From assembly GCA_036676985.1 (NCBI GenBank), contig JAKFBU010000056.1, forward strand, positions 32,001-96,000: a DNA stretch of 64,000 nt. The letters run 5' to 3'. The stretch's first letter is position 1; each line of letters starts with the position of its first letter. The translations under genes were made by a program, and so were the position numbers. The notes beneath the pieces are model-generated. The model was not told where the DNA came from, searched no databases, and saw only the letters and a program-made list of their open reading frames with translations. The stretch comes from Candidatus Sericytochromatia bacterium. Lineage in GTDB: Bacteria > Cyanobacteriota > Sericytochromatia > S15B-MN24 > UBA4093. Positions 27,289 to 37,164 of the stretch are shown in pieces.

Positions 27289-28354
27289 CTCGATTCCTTG
27301 CGGGCATCACGCGCCAGACGGCCGCTTCCACGGCCTCGACGCCCAGGGTCTTCATACAGGTGAGCTCGTCGCAGGACGTCTGGCGACGATCCCACAGGCA
27401 GGGCCGGCAGCTCAGGCCCTCGACGTGGATGGCCTGGTGGACCGTTCCAGTGGGCAAGAGCTTGGCGGGATCCGTGGGCCCGAAGAGGGCCACGGTGGGG
27501 GTGCCCACCGCCACGCCGAGATGCATGGGCGCCGAGTCGACGCAGACCAGGATCGAGGCGTTGGCGATGAGGGCGGCAAGCTGACCGAGGCCCTTGGTCT
27601 GGCCGTAGGCCTCAATGGGCTTGAAGGTGAGCTTGGACTTGATGTCGGCGATGACCTCGGCGTCGTCCGGACCGCCCGCGATGACCACGTGCACGCCGTC
27701 GGCATGCAGGCGCGCGGCGAGCTCCGCCCACTTGGCACTCTCCCAGTTCTTGTGGAACTTCTTGATGATCGAGAGCTTGCTGGTGCCCGGGTGGATGACG
27801 ACCACGGGATCTCCGGGCAGCACGCCGTGCTCGGCGAGGAAGCCCTTGGCCCACTCGCGATCGCCCTGCGTGAGCGCCGCCTGCGGCAGGCGGAAGGGGA
27901 TGGGGATCCAGCTGCGGATCAGGTCGTAGTACATCTCCGCCGCGTACTGCTGCGGGTTGCAGGCCGCCTTCTCCGTGAGCGTCCAGCTCAGCTTGTTGGC
28001 GTCGTAGCCCGCCCGGTACCTGGCCCCCGACAGGAGGAGCAGGATCGGCATGATGGGCGAGCGGCCGGACCCGATGGCCAGGTCGAAGCCCTTCGAGCGC
28101 AGCGTCCCCATGACCTCGAGCAGCTCGCCCAACGACGGCTTGCCCTTGACGTCGAGGGTCACGACCTCGTCCACGGCCGGGTTGAAGGTCATGATCCCGC
28201 GGCAGCGGGGCTCTACCAGGGCCGTCAAGTGCGCCTGGGGATAGGCCTCGCGCAGGCTCTGGATCACCGGGAAGAACAGGATCTCGTCCCCGATGCCCCC
28301 GAAGTTGACGACCAGGATGCGCTTGATGCTCGAATCGACGGGAATGCGGCTCAC
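27263..28354 (-). CDS. Glycosyltransferase family 9 (LPS heptosyltransferase-like)
   Basis: GGIGDEIL, IHPG, K.W, DSAPMHL..AVGTPTVALFGPT. Confidence 0.92.
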   Translation of the reverse strand: MSRIPVDSSIKRILVVNFGGIGDEILFFPVIQSLREAYPQAHLTALVEPRCRGIMTFNPAVDEVVTLDVKGKPSLGELLEVMGTLRSKGFDLAIGSGRSPIMPILLLLSGARYRAGYDANKLSWTLTEKAACNPQQYAAEMYYDLIRSWIPIPFRLPQAALTQGDREWAKGFLAEHGVLPGDPVVVIHPGTSKLSIIKKFHKNWESAKWAELAARLHADGVHVVIAGGPDDAEVIADIKSKLTFKPIEAYGQTKGLGQLAALIANASILVCVDSAPMHLGVAVGTPTVALFGPTDPAKLLPTGTVHQAIHVEGLSCRPCLWDRRQTSCDELTCMKTLGVEAVEAAVWRVMPARNRDGSTNATL

Positions 28355-29802
28355 GCGGCGCCTCTTTCACGATGCGGAAGGTGCAGGATCACGGCCAGCG
28401 TGAGCCAGAACAGGATCTGGACGCTGGGACGGTAGAAGACGGTGTCGACCATGCCGTGGACGGACAGGCCGACCAGGACGGCGATCGCCGCCGCGCTCCA
28501 GATTCGATCGACCTTGGCGGCGGCCATGTAGAGAGCCCGGAAGATGGCGGCCAGGATGAACCACAGGAAGAGCAGGAGCCCGAAGACCCCCTTCTCGACC
28601 GCCTCCTCCAGGAAGATGTTGTAGGCGCCGAGCGCCTCGAAGCCGCTCACCATGTAGAGGGCGTAGACCTTGCGGAAGGTGTCGTTGCCGAGGCCGATGC
28701 CCGCCCACCACGAGTCCCGGATCATGCGGATCACGCCGTCCCACACGTTGAGCCGAAAGGAGTTGGACGAGTGCGTGCGGGTGGCCGTGATGGACATGAG
28801 GCGCTCCTGGAGCGCCGGGGAGTGCGCGTAGACGAACACCGCGGCCACCACGCCCAAGAGGAGCACCCCGCCCAGGAGGGCCAGGAGCCAGGGCCGGCGG
28901 CGAATGTGCGGCCACAGCGCGAAGAGGCCCAGGACGCCGAGCACGGCGACCTCGGCCACCAGGCCCAGATAGGCCCCGCGCGAGTACGTGAAGTACAAGC
29001 AGATCGGAGCCGCCAGGGCCGTGGCCAGGGCCAGGGCGCGCAGGGCCCAGTTGCGCCAGGTCAGAGCGGCCGCGATCGCGAACGGGATGATCGGGATCAA
29101 GTAGCCCGAGAGCAGGTTGGGGTTGTTGAGCGTCCCGTAGACGCGGGTCAGCTTGACCTCAGCCTCGGCGTCATCCCAGAGAGCCAGGGGCGGCACCTTG
29201 ATCTGCCACTGGTAGATGCCGTAGAGGGATTGAACCAGGGCCGCCACGAAGAGGGCCGCGAACAGGGGCACCCAGCCCCGCTCGCCGCGCCTCAGCGCCC
29301 CGCGAAAGGCCGCGAAGCTCATCCAGAAGACGAGCATCTTGGCGAGACCCTTGAGGCTCAGAACCAGGTAGGGGGAGAAGCCCACCGCCAGCAGGGAGAT
29401 GACGAAGAGGGCGAGAAACGGCAGATCGAGCGCATCCGCCGGCCGCTCGCGCGGGGGCTCGACGGCCCACTGAAAGAGCAGAGACCCGAAGGCCGCCAGG
29501 ACCAGGAGCGCGTTGAGGCCCGTCCCGACGTAGGGGGAGACGAGCAACAGGAGGCACGCGCAGAACAGCGAGAGCGCCGGGGCGAGCCGCGCCGCCCAGG
29601 ACGTCTCCCGCAGCGGCGCAAGCCATGCGTCGAGGCGCCGGCGCCCCGCGCTCACCAATCGATAGGGCGCGCTCTTCCGGACGGCCGCCTGCCATGCGGG
29701 CTGCAGGGAGACCAAGCCGAGGCTCGCGAGGACGCCCAGCAGGGGACGATCGGCGGCGGCCGGACGTGACGCGGGCATGGCTCCTCCCGTGGGTGCGGCC
29801 AT
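28351..29802 (-). CDS. ictB: IctB-like O-antigen ligase/polymerase family membrane protein
   Basis: TRVYGTLNNPNLLSGYL, TYSRG, SSNSFRLNVW, GIGLGN..F.K.Y.LY, VDTVFYRP match cyanobacterial IctB. Confidence 0.8.
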   Translation of the reverse strand: MAAPTGGAMPASRPAAADRPLLGVLASLGLVSLQPAWQAAVRKSAPYRLVSAGRRRLDAWLAPLRETSWAARLAPALSLFCACLLLLVSPYVGTGLNALLVLAAFGSLLFQWAVEPPRERPADALDLPFLALFVISLLAVGFSPYLVLSLKGLAKMLVFWMSFAAFRGALRRGERGWVPLFAALFVAALVQSLYGIYQWQIKVPPLALWDDAEAEVKLTRVYGTLNNPNLLSGYLIPIIPFAIAAALTWRNWALRALALATALAAPICLYFTYSRGAYLGLVAEVAVLGVLGLFALWPHIRRRPWLLALLGGVLLLGVVAAVFVYAHSPALQERLMSITATRTHSSNSFRLNVWDGVIRMIRDSWWAGIGLGNDTFRKVYALYMVSGFEALGAYNIFLEEAVEKGVFGLLLFLWFILAAIFRALYMAAAKVDRIWSAAAIAVLVGLSVHGMVDTVFYRPSVQILFWLTLAVILHLPHRERGAA

Positions 29803-29805
29803 GGG

Positions 29806-30318
29806 CTAGAGCTTGGGCTGGTCGACGAGGCGGACGTCGACGATGGAGCCGCGCAGGCGGTACTTGAAGCCCTCGATGTCGATGGGCACGCCGACCTTGA
29901 CCTTGTTGCCGCCGAGCACGATGGCGTCGTCGGTGATCTGGGCCTTCTCGCGCAGCGTCAACAGCACGTCCTTGCTGTAGGGCTCGGACGGATCGGGATA
30001 GGCCTTGACGCCGCCCGGCACCGGCATGGTGATGGTGCGGGGGGTGACGCGCACCTTGCGGATCGTGAGGGCCGCATAGGGCTGGTTGCGGATGGTGATG
30101 AAGGTCTTCTCACCTTCCTTGAAGATGGCCGGATCGGCGACCCCGCCGCGGATGAAGAGGTCGAACTCGGCCATGGCCTCGCCCTTGAGCTGCTGGTTGA
30201 CCCCGGCCTTGCCCGCTCGAGCGAGGCCCGCTCCCACCAAAAAGGCCACGAGCACCACCACGACCATGAGGTCGAGGGGGTTGACCTTTCCGAACAGGCG
30301 TCCCTGCTGATCAATCAT
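29806..30318 (-). CDS. DUF4330-like protein
   Basis: MIDQQGRLFGKVNPLD, TM helix, IRNQPY, G.KVKVG.P. Confidence 0.75.
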   Translation of the reverse strand: MIDQQGRLFGKVNPLDLMVVVVLVAFLVGAGLARAGKAGVNQQLKGEAMAEFDLFIRGGVADPAIFKEGEKTFITIRNQPYAALTIRKVRVTPRTITMPVPGGVKAYPDPSEPYSKDVLLTLREKAQITDDAIVLGGNKVKVGVPIDIEGFKYRLRGSIVDVRLVDQPKL

Positions 30319-30718
30319 CGATTGAGTCCCTTTCCACCGCCCCTTCGGGGCGTCTTCACCGTACAGACGAGGTCCCATGATGCCGGGTTTCCCCCGAACA
30401 TGCAAGATTGGCCCCGCTTCCGGTGGGCGTCATGGCGGGCCTTCGCGGCCATTGGGGGCGTTCGCGCCGGGGGGAGCGGGGCGGAGATCGAGGCCCGGCA
30501 TACCCATTACGGGTACCGAAATGCAAGCACGCTCACGATTTGCTCACAAGCCATCCATCCTATCAACCCAATCCCTGATGGTTCAGGATCCAAGCAATCA
30601 TTCACAATCCTCACGGCACGTGACCGGAATACCCTCATCCGTGAAAGTTTTATAAACGGCCTGGCGGGGAATACGTGAAGGGACTGCTTGTCTGTTTTGC
30701 ACCAAAGTAGGGGGTCGC

Positions 30719-31726
30719 GTGCGCCTCACACCTGCCGCCCGCCTCTCGACGGGAATCCTGCTCTTCCTGGGCCTGGTCGGATGCCAATGGCTGCCCGTTT
30801 CGAGCGGCTCGCCGGCCGCCGACCTCAGCGGCACGGTGGATTTTGGGGGCGGGCGCCACGCCCAGGCCTCGTTCGACCAGGTGGCGGACGCCGCGACCAT
30901 CTCCCTCATGGAGACGTCGGGCCCGACCTCCACGACCATCGCCTCGACCATCACCCGGCAGGGTGGTCTGTTCAGCCTTTCCATCCCGCGCTTCGTGCCG
31001 GACCCGACCAAGATCTACATCCTCGAGGCCATCAAGGGGCTCTACGGCAACGCCGTGAACAAGGACGCGGCCCGCGTTCGGACGCTCATCCGCTACACCG
31101 ACGGCAGCTGGACCTCGCTGACGAACCTCGTGCCCGGCCCCATCAACCTCGGGGTGGGCTCGACGGCTCTATGCGTCATGTACGGCCTGCGCTCCGGCGA
31201 GGCGACCATCAACCCCGCGGAGCTCATGGGCAGCATCGCCCTAGGCAACGCCGAGGCCCTGCCCCTGCCGGCCGCCGCGGACACCTTCACGCCGCCGGCC
31301 TCGGTCGCGGCGGTCATGACCAAGCAGGACTTCCACACGGTGAGCGACCTGGTCGGGCGCGCGGTGCAGGGCGACTCGGACCCCATCTCCGCGGTGCAGT
31401 ACACGCTGGCGGACGGCTATTTCGTCAAGACGGCCCAGGACCCCTTCATCGACAACCTGAGCTCGACGGCCGCGGGCTACGGCGCTCCGCTCGTCATCAC
31501 GGGCTACCGCTTCGACCCGGTCATCGCCAACAACACCGTCTACTTCGGCGGGCCCACGGGCACCGTCGCTGCCATCGACTCCTCCAAGCCCAACTCGGCC
31601 AACGTCCTGTACGTCACCGTGCCGGAGGGAGCGCCGAGCGGCGTGGTGATGGTGCGCAACGGAACCGGCCTCAGCAACGGCATCCAGTTCACCGTCGTGC
31701 CGCGCATCGGCGGCAAGCTCAACTAG
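30719..31726 (+). CDS. Lipoprotein: conserved N-terminal domain plus one IPT/TIG domain
   Basis: Lipobox LVGC; ATISL...LEAIKGL...RVRTL; IPT pattern ITG..F......V.F...VTVP.GA.SG.V.V. Confidence 0.8.
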   Translation: MRLTPAARLSTGILLFLGLVGCQWLPVSSGSPAADLSGTVDFGGGRHAQASFDQVADAATISLMETSGPTSTTIASTITRQGGLFSLSIPRFVPDPTKIYILEAIKGLYGNAVNKDAARVRTLIRYTDGSWTSLTNLVPGPINLGVGSTALCVMYGLRSGEATINPAELMGSIALGNAEALPLPAAADTFTPPASVAAVMTKQDFHTVSDLVGRAVQGDSDPISAVQYTLADGYFVKTAQDPFIDNLSSTAAGYGAPLVITGYRFDPVIANNTVYFGGPTGTVAAIDSSKPNSANVLYVTVPEGAPSGVVMVRNGTGLSNGIQFTVVPRIGGKLN

Positions 31727-31739
31727 TCCGGAGGCCCCG

Positions 31740-34121
31740 ATGAACGCCCTGACCCGACTCCTCGTCGCCTCCGTGAGCATCGTGCTGCTTGCCTGCAACC
31801 CCTTGCCCGTGCAGCTGACGGCCTCGAAGCCGGTGCCACGTGACGCCGAGAGTCAGACCCAGCCGATCTCCAGGGCCCACGCCCTGGAGGGGAGCGTCGC
31901 GTTCGACGCCGGCACCCGCGACACCCAGGCGATCTCGGGCGACGTCGTCAACCTCGCGACCATCTCCCTCATCGACACCACCGCGGCCCAGACCCGGGCC
32001 TCGGGCATCACGGATGCCAGCGGCCGCTTCTCACTGCCGTTCTCGAGTTACGTCCCGCCCGTCGGCCAGACCTTCGTCCTCGAGGCGGTCAAAGGACTCA
32101 ACTCGCAGCTGCCCGGCAATGAGGCGCCTCGCTTCCGGACCCTCGTCAAGTACACGGCCACGGGCTGGCAGTCGATCACCAACGGCACGGCCCCCGGCAA
32201 CATCGTCATCAACGCGCTGACCACCGCCATCGCCCTCGTCTCGGGCCTGGATCAGGCCAACGTCCCCTACGGCAACACCATGGGCATGGTCAACGCCGCG
32301 GTCAACCCGCCCGCCCTCAACGCCGCGCCGACTTTCGCCGCCCACCCGAGCATCGAGCTCATCAACCTGAGCAACGACGTGCTCGCCTTGCTCAACCACA
32401 ACCTGGACCCGGTGGCCAACACGCCCGCCATCAAGCCCTCGCTCGCGGCCGTCACCCCGAGCACGGCCGCGGCGAACCTGCCCGTGGTCATCACGGGCTC
32501 GGGCTTCGTCCCGGGCGGTACCACCGTGACCATCGGCGGGGCCACCGCCGCGGTGATGGCCATGTCGAGCACCCGGATCGTGGCGGCCGTCCCGGCCGCC
32601 GCCATCACGGGCACCGTGACCGTCACGACCACCCGGGGCGGCACCAGCAACGCGATCGCCTTCACCAGCCCGGACGGCTCGGCGGTCGCCATCACGACCA
32701 TCAGCCCCAACCCGGCCCGCCCCGGTCAGACCGTCACGATCGCGGGCCAGGGCTTCAGCGGGGTGATCGGCAACAACGACGTCCGCCTCAACGGCCAGGC
32801 GATCGTTCCCATCTTCGCCAACGAGTCGAGCCTCGTCATCAACCTGCCCACCGACAGCACGAGCGGCAACGTCTCGGTGACGGTGGCCGGCGCCAAGAGC
32901 AACAACTTCTTCCTGACGCTGGACGTGCTCGCCACGCCCATCATCACCTCGCTCTTCCCGAACACCGGGGCCGTCAAGAGCATCCTCTCCATCAAGGGAT
33001 CCAACCTGGGCCCCACGGGCAAGGTCGTCATCGGCGGCTACCAGGCCAAGGTCGTCTCCTGGAGCCCCAAGGTGGTCCGCGTCGAGGTGCCCGTCAACGT
33101 CAACCCGGGCGCCACCACCGTCACGGTGTTCGCGCCCCTGGGCGTCGCCACCACCACCTTCACGGTGCTCGCGGGCGACGCCGGGGCCAACTTCATCTCC
33201 GTGGCCCCCATGGTCTCCACGGGCGGCATGGGCATGTACGCCTGGGTCGGGGACGGCAAGCTCTGGACCTGGGGGGGCGGCGACTCCACGGCCGTCAACT
33301 ACATCAACCTGAACGCCGACGGCAGCTTCAAGGATGCCAACTGGTCCGTCTCCTCCATGACCCTGCCCTACGGCACCAACCAGGACGACAACCCGAACGG
33401 CGCGGTGCAAGTGAAGAACCGGGTCTACTACACCGTCTCCAACTCCAGCAACAAGATCAACTTCGCCACCCTGGATCCCTACTCGGGGGACGTGACGGGC
33501 TTCGGCTACGATCCGACCAACGACCTGCCGCCCACCTGGCTCGGCAAGGACCTGGCCCTGGCCGCGAGCGACAAGTATGTCTACATCCTGGGTCAGGGCG
33601 TCAGCTGCTCGAGCGCCCTGGGCGGCACGGGCTGCGGCGGCCGCGCCACGACCACCATGCAGACCCGCATCCTGCCCTCGGGCGGCATCGGCATCTGGTC
33701 GACGGGCCCGGACACCCTCTACTACGGCGAGGACGCCATGCCGCTCTATATCGGCGGCGTGCTGCACCTCATCGGCGGCAACGACAGCGCGGCGGTGGGC
33801 TCGCAGTACTCGGTCATCAAGGCCGACGGCACCATGGGCGGCTGGGTGAAGAACTCGACGCCCCTCATCTCGGGCAACCCCCTCTCCAACCAGATGACCC
33901 GCATCGGGCGCTACTACTACATGTTCGAGTACAGCGGCCGGACCCTGCGCGGCCAGATCATCGACGATCTGGTGCCCAAGCCCCTGGAGACCTATCCCAC
34001 GACCTCGCCGACGCTCGGCTACTACCGGATCACGATTCCCATCGGCAAGTACGTCTACCAGCTCGGAGACAACACGGGCACCGCCACCCAGCGCAGCGTC
34101 TGGCGCTGCACCCTCAACTAG
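31740..34121 (+). CDS. Lipoprotein: N-terminal domain, 3 IPT/TIG domains, C-terminal propeller-like domain
   Basis: Lipobox LLAC; three IPT repeats; kelch-like blades (LWTWGG, YVYILG, LHLIGG). Confidence 0.8.
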   Translation: MNALTRLLVASVSIVLLACNPLPVQLTASKPVPRDAESQTQPISRAHALEGSVAFDAGTRDTQAISGDVVNLATISLIDTTAAQTRASGITDASGRFSLPFSSYVPPVGQTFVLEAVKGLNSQLPGNEAPRFRTLVKYTATGWQSITNGTAPGNIVINALTTAIALVSGLDQANVPYGNTMGMVNAAVNPPALNAAPTFAAHPSIELINLSNDVLALLNHNLDPVANTPAIKPSLAAVTPSTAAANLPVVITGSGFVPGGTTVTIGGATAAVMAMSSTRIVAAVPAAAITGTVTVTTTRGGTSNAIAFTSPDGSAVAITTISPNPARPGQTVTIAGQGFSGVIGNNDVRLNGQAIVPIFANESSLVINLPTDSTSGNVSVTVAGAKSNNFFLTLDVLATPIITSLFPNTGAVKSILSIKGSNLGPTGKVVIGGYQAKVVSWSPKVVRVEVPVNVNPGATTVTVFAPLGVATTTFTVLAGDAGANFISVAPMVSTGGMGMYAWVGDGKLWTWGGGDSTAVNYINLNADGSFKDANWSVSSMTLPYGTNQDDNPNGAVQVKNRVYYTVSNSSNKINFATLDPYSGDVTGFGYDPTNDLPPTWLGKDLALAASDKYVYILGQGVSCSSALGGTGCGGRATTTMQTRILPSGGIGIWSTGPDTLYYGEDAMPLYIGGVLHLIGGNDSAAVGSQYSVIKADGTMGGWVKNSTPLISGNPLSNQMTRIGRYYYMFEYSGRTLRGQIIDDLVPKPLETYPTTSPTLGYYRITIPIGKYVYQLGDNTGTATQRSVWRCTLN

Positions 34122-34137
34122 CGCCGACGAGCCGGAG

Positions 34138-36555
34138 ATGCGCGCGATGAAGAAACTCTTGACCCTCGCCCTGGTGGGCTTCCTGAGCACCGGGCTCTAT
34201 GCCTGCCGCTTTCCGGGCCCGGCGGCCACGCCCACGGCCACCGGGACGTCCGTCGCGGCCAACGCGGCCCTGGCCTCGGTCCTGCGCGGCACGGTGGACT
34301 TCTCGAGCCTGCGATCGAGCCAGGCCGTCCCCGGGGACATCACCAACCAGGCGACCATCGCGCTGATCGACGCCATCTCGGGCGAGACCCGCACCTCGAC
34401 GATCACGGACGCCACGGGCAACTTCACGCTGAGCATGCCGGGCTTCAACCCGGTGCTCAACGGGACCTACGTCCTCGAGGCCACCAAGGGCCTGTTCGCC
34501 CAGCTTCCGGGCAACGTCGCGCCGCGCTTCCGGACGCTCGTGCAGTACACGGCCTCCGGCTGGAAGTCCCTGACGAGCGCCACGGCCGGCGGCGCAAGCG
34601 CCATCAACGCCCACACCACGGCGGTCGCCATCGTCTCGGCCCTGGATCCCATCGGCCTGCCGCCCGGCAACGCCATGGGCAAGGTGAACCCCACCCCGCC
34701 GGGCAGCCTGAATGCGAGCCCCGCCTTCCCCACGCACCCGGACGCCGAGCTGAACGCGCTCGCGACGGACATCGTCAACACCCTGAGCCAGGACCAGGAC
34801 CCCGTCGCCAGCACCAACGCCGTCAAGCCCACCCTCATGGGCATGACGCCCACGACGGCCGCCGTGGCCCAGCCCATCACGCTCACGGGCACGGGCTTCG
34901 TCGCGGGCGGGACGACCGTCAAGGTCGGGGCGGCCACCATCCCGGGCTCCAACGTCCTGCTGGTCACCAAGAGCCAGATCATCTTCACGATCCCCGCGGG
35001 CATCACCACCGGCAACGTCACGGTCACGACCGCCCGGGGCGGCGTGAGCAACGGCATCCCGCTCAGCATCCCCAACTCGGCGGCGGTCTCGGTGGCGGCC
35101 ATCAGCCCCAACCCGGCCCGGCCCAACGCCTCGGTCACGGTCACGGGCACCGGCTTCAGCACCACGCCGGCCGCCAACACCATCACGGTCAACGGCACCA
35201 GCGTCACGCCCGACTTCGCCAACCAGACGTCCCTGGTGTTCCGGGTCCCCTCCAGCGCCGTGAGCGGCAACGTCACGGTGACCGTCGGCGGCCAGACCAG
35301 CAACCAGTACTACCTGACCGTCGAGTCGCTCACCACGCCCCAGATCACGAGTCTCTTCCCGAACGTGCTGCCCACCAAGGCGGTGCTCGCCATCAAGGGC
35401 CAGAACTTCGGGCCGGACGGCTCGGTGCTGGTCGGCGACTACCAGGCCAAGATCATCTCGTGGAGCCCCAACATCATCCGCGTGGAGGTGCCCTGGTACG
35501 TCCCGCCCGGCTCGGCGGTGGTCACGGTCTTCGCGCCCCTGGGCATCACCACCCAGAACGTCACGGTCCTCGAGGCGGGGACCATCAGCCCCTGGGCCAA
35601 GGTCACGGACCTGCCCGGCGACGTGGGCGGCCTCGGCGTCCACGCCTACGTGGGCGGCGAGAAGCTCTGGGTCTGGGGCGGCAACGGCTCCACCAAGGTC
35701 TACTACATGAACCTGAACGCCGACGGCAGCTTCAAGGACGCCGCATGGACGGCCGCACCCTTCAGCCTGCCCGAGGGCACGTACCAGGACGACAACCCCA
35801 ACAGCCGCACGCAGATCAAGAACCGCATCTACTACACGGTCACCAACCAGCTGACGGCCTCGAACAGCAACCACGTCAACTTCGCCTCCCTGGATCCCTA
35901 CACCGGGGACATCACGGGCTTCGCCTACGACCCCATCAACGACCTGCCGCCCACCTGGGTGGGCAAGGACCTGGGCCTCATCGCCGGGGACAAGTACGTC
36001 TACATCATGGGCCACGGCGTCAGCTGCTCGGGCAACGGCGTCAACTGCAACGGCAACCCGGTGGGAACCATGCAGGCCCGCATCCTCGAGTCCGGCAACA
36101 TCGGCCAGTGGGAGATCGGGCCCAACCAGCCGCAGACCTACGGAGAGGACGGGGCTCCCTTCATCATCGGCGACTCGCTGTTCCAGGTCGGCGGCACGGC
36201 CGGCGTCTCCATGCAGTGCGTGATCAACGAGAACGGACAGATGTCGAGCTGGGCGACCATGTCCGTTCCGCTCATCCCGAACGGCGAGTTGCTGTCCACC
36301 CAGGTCATGAAGATCGGACACTACTACTACCTCTTCAACATGTGGAGCAGCCAGCGCTCGTTCCGAGGAGCGATCGTCGACGACCTGGTACCCAAGCCGG
36401 CGGTCGAGCTGCTGGCCAACACGCCCCTGTCCCAGGGCGTCGCGTGCGGCATCGGCCATGTCGACGTGCAGGTCGGCAAGCACCTCTACCTCATCAGCAC
36501 CCACTCGGGCGGCTACGGCGGCACGCAGAACGTCGTGCGCGGCACGATCCAGTAG
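34138..36555 (+). CDS. Lipoprotein paralogue of 31740-34121
   Basis: Lipobox LYAC; collinear similarity (QDDNPN, LDPY.GD.TGF.YDP.NDLPPTW.GKDL). Confidence 0.8.
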   Translation: MRAMKKLLTLALVGFLSTGLYACRFPGPAATPTATGTSVAANAALASVLRGTVDFSSLRSSQAVPGDITNQATIALIDAISGETRTSTITDATGNFTLSMPGFNPVLNGTYVLEATKGLFAQLPGNVAPRFRTLVQYTASGWKSLTSATAGGASAINAHTTAVAIVSALDPIGLPPGNAMGKVNPTPPGSLNASPAFPTHPDAELNALATDIVNTLSQDQDPVASTNAVKPTLMGMTPTTAAVAQPITLTGTGFVAGGTTVKVGAATIPGSNVLLVTKSQIIFTIPAGITTGNVTVTTARGGVSNGIPLSIPNSAAVSVAAISPNPARPNASVTVTGTGFSTTPAANTITVNGTSVTPDFANQTSLVFRVPSSAVSGNVTVTVGGQTSNQYYLTVESLTTPQITSLFPNVLPTKAVLAIKGQNFGPDGSVLVGDYQAKIISWSPNIIRVEVPWYVPPGSAVVTVFAPLGITTQNVTVLEAGTISPWAKVTDLPGDVGGLGVHAYVGGEKLWVWGGNGSTKVYYMNLNADGSFKDAAWTAAPFSLPEGTYQDDNPNSRTQIKNRIYYTVTNQLTASNSNHVNFASLDPYTGDITGFAYDPINDLPPTWVGKDLGLIAGDKYVYIMGHGVSCSGNGVNCNGNPVGTMQARILESGNIGQWEIGPNQPQTYGEDGAPFIIGDSLFQVGGTAGVSMQCVINENGQMSSWATMSVPLIPNGELLSTQVMKIGHYYYLFNMWSSQRSFRGAIVDDLVPKPAVELLANTPLSQGVACGIGHVDVQVGKHLYLISTHSGGYGGTQNVVRGTIQ

Positions 36556-36570
36556 CGAGAAAAGGACGGC

Positions 36571-37155
36571 ATGATGCCCTTCTCTACCCATCACTCGATC
36601 CCCCGAGGAGTCGCCGCGGGCATGCTGATGCTCAGCCTCGCCCTGTGGGGTTGCAGCGGGGACGAACTGACGGGCGTCTCCGGAGGGACCGGCGCCAAGA
36701 AGTCGCCCACCCCCACGCCCACCGAGCTTCTGGGCGGGGTCGGGCCCGGCGGCTCGGCCACCCCGACGCCCACGCCCACGCCGACCCCGTCGCCCACCCC
36801 GAGCAACGGCCTCGCGCCCGACCCCGATCCGACGCCCTTCGCCATCGGCATCACCGTCGCGCTCCAGGACGACACCATCAACCTGGCCCCGTACGACGGC
36901 GGACCCGGGCTCTACCGCTACACTACCCACGTGTCGGGGGTCGTCACGCTGAGCAACGCGCTCACCACCACCGACATCGACTGGCGCTCGTCCAACAACG
37001 CGATCGCCTCGGTGGCGAGCGACGGGACGATCACGGCCGGCTCGGTCGCGGGCGGCACGGTCAAGATCACCGGCACCTCCAAGGACGGCCTGGTCTCCAA
37101 GTCCGTCGATCTCACCGTGACCGCCTTCGGCGACGCCGAAGTCGTCGTCGACTAG
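36571..37155 (+). CDS. Lipoprotein with PT linker and Ig-like (Big_2) domain
   Basis: Lipobox LWGC; WRSSNNAIASVASDGTITA...ITGTSKDG. Confidence 0.8.
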   Translation: MMPFSTHHSIPRGVAAGMLMLSLALWGCSGDELTGVSGGTGAKKSPTPTPTELLGGVGPGGSATPTPTPTPTPSPTPSNGLAPDPDPTPFAIGITVALQDDTINLAPYDGGPGLYRYTTHVSGVVTLSNALTTTDIDWRSSNNAIASVASDGTITAGSVAGGTVKITGTSKDGLVSKSVDLTVTAFGDAEVVVD

Positions 37156-37164
37156 GGAGGCCCC

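Noticed and set aside
36700-36835. Short tandem repeats (also about 1230-1350 and 40230-40290) as CRISPR or VNTR
   Set aside because: They encode Pro/Thr linkers; there is no repeat-spacer structure and no cas genes.
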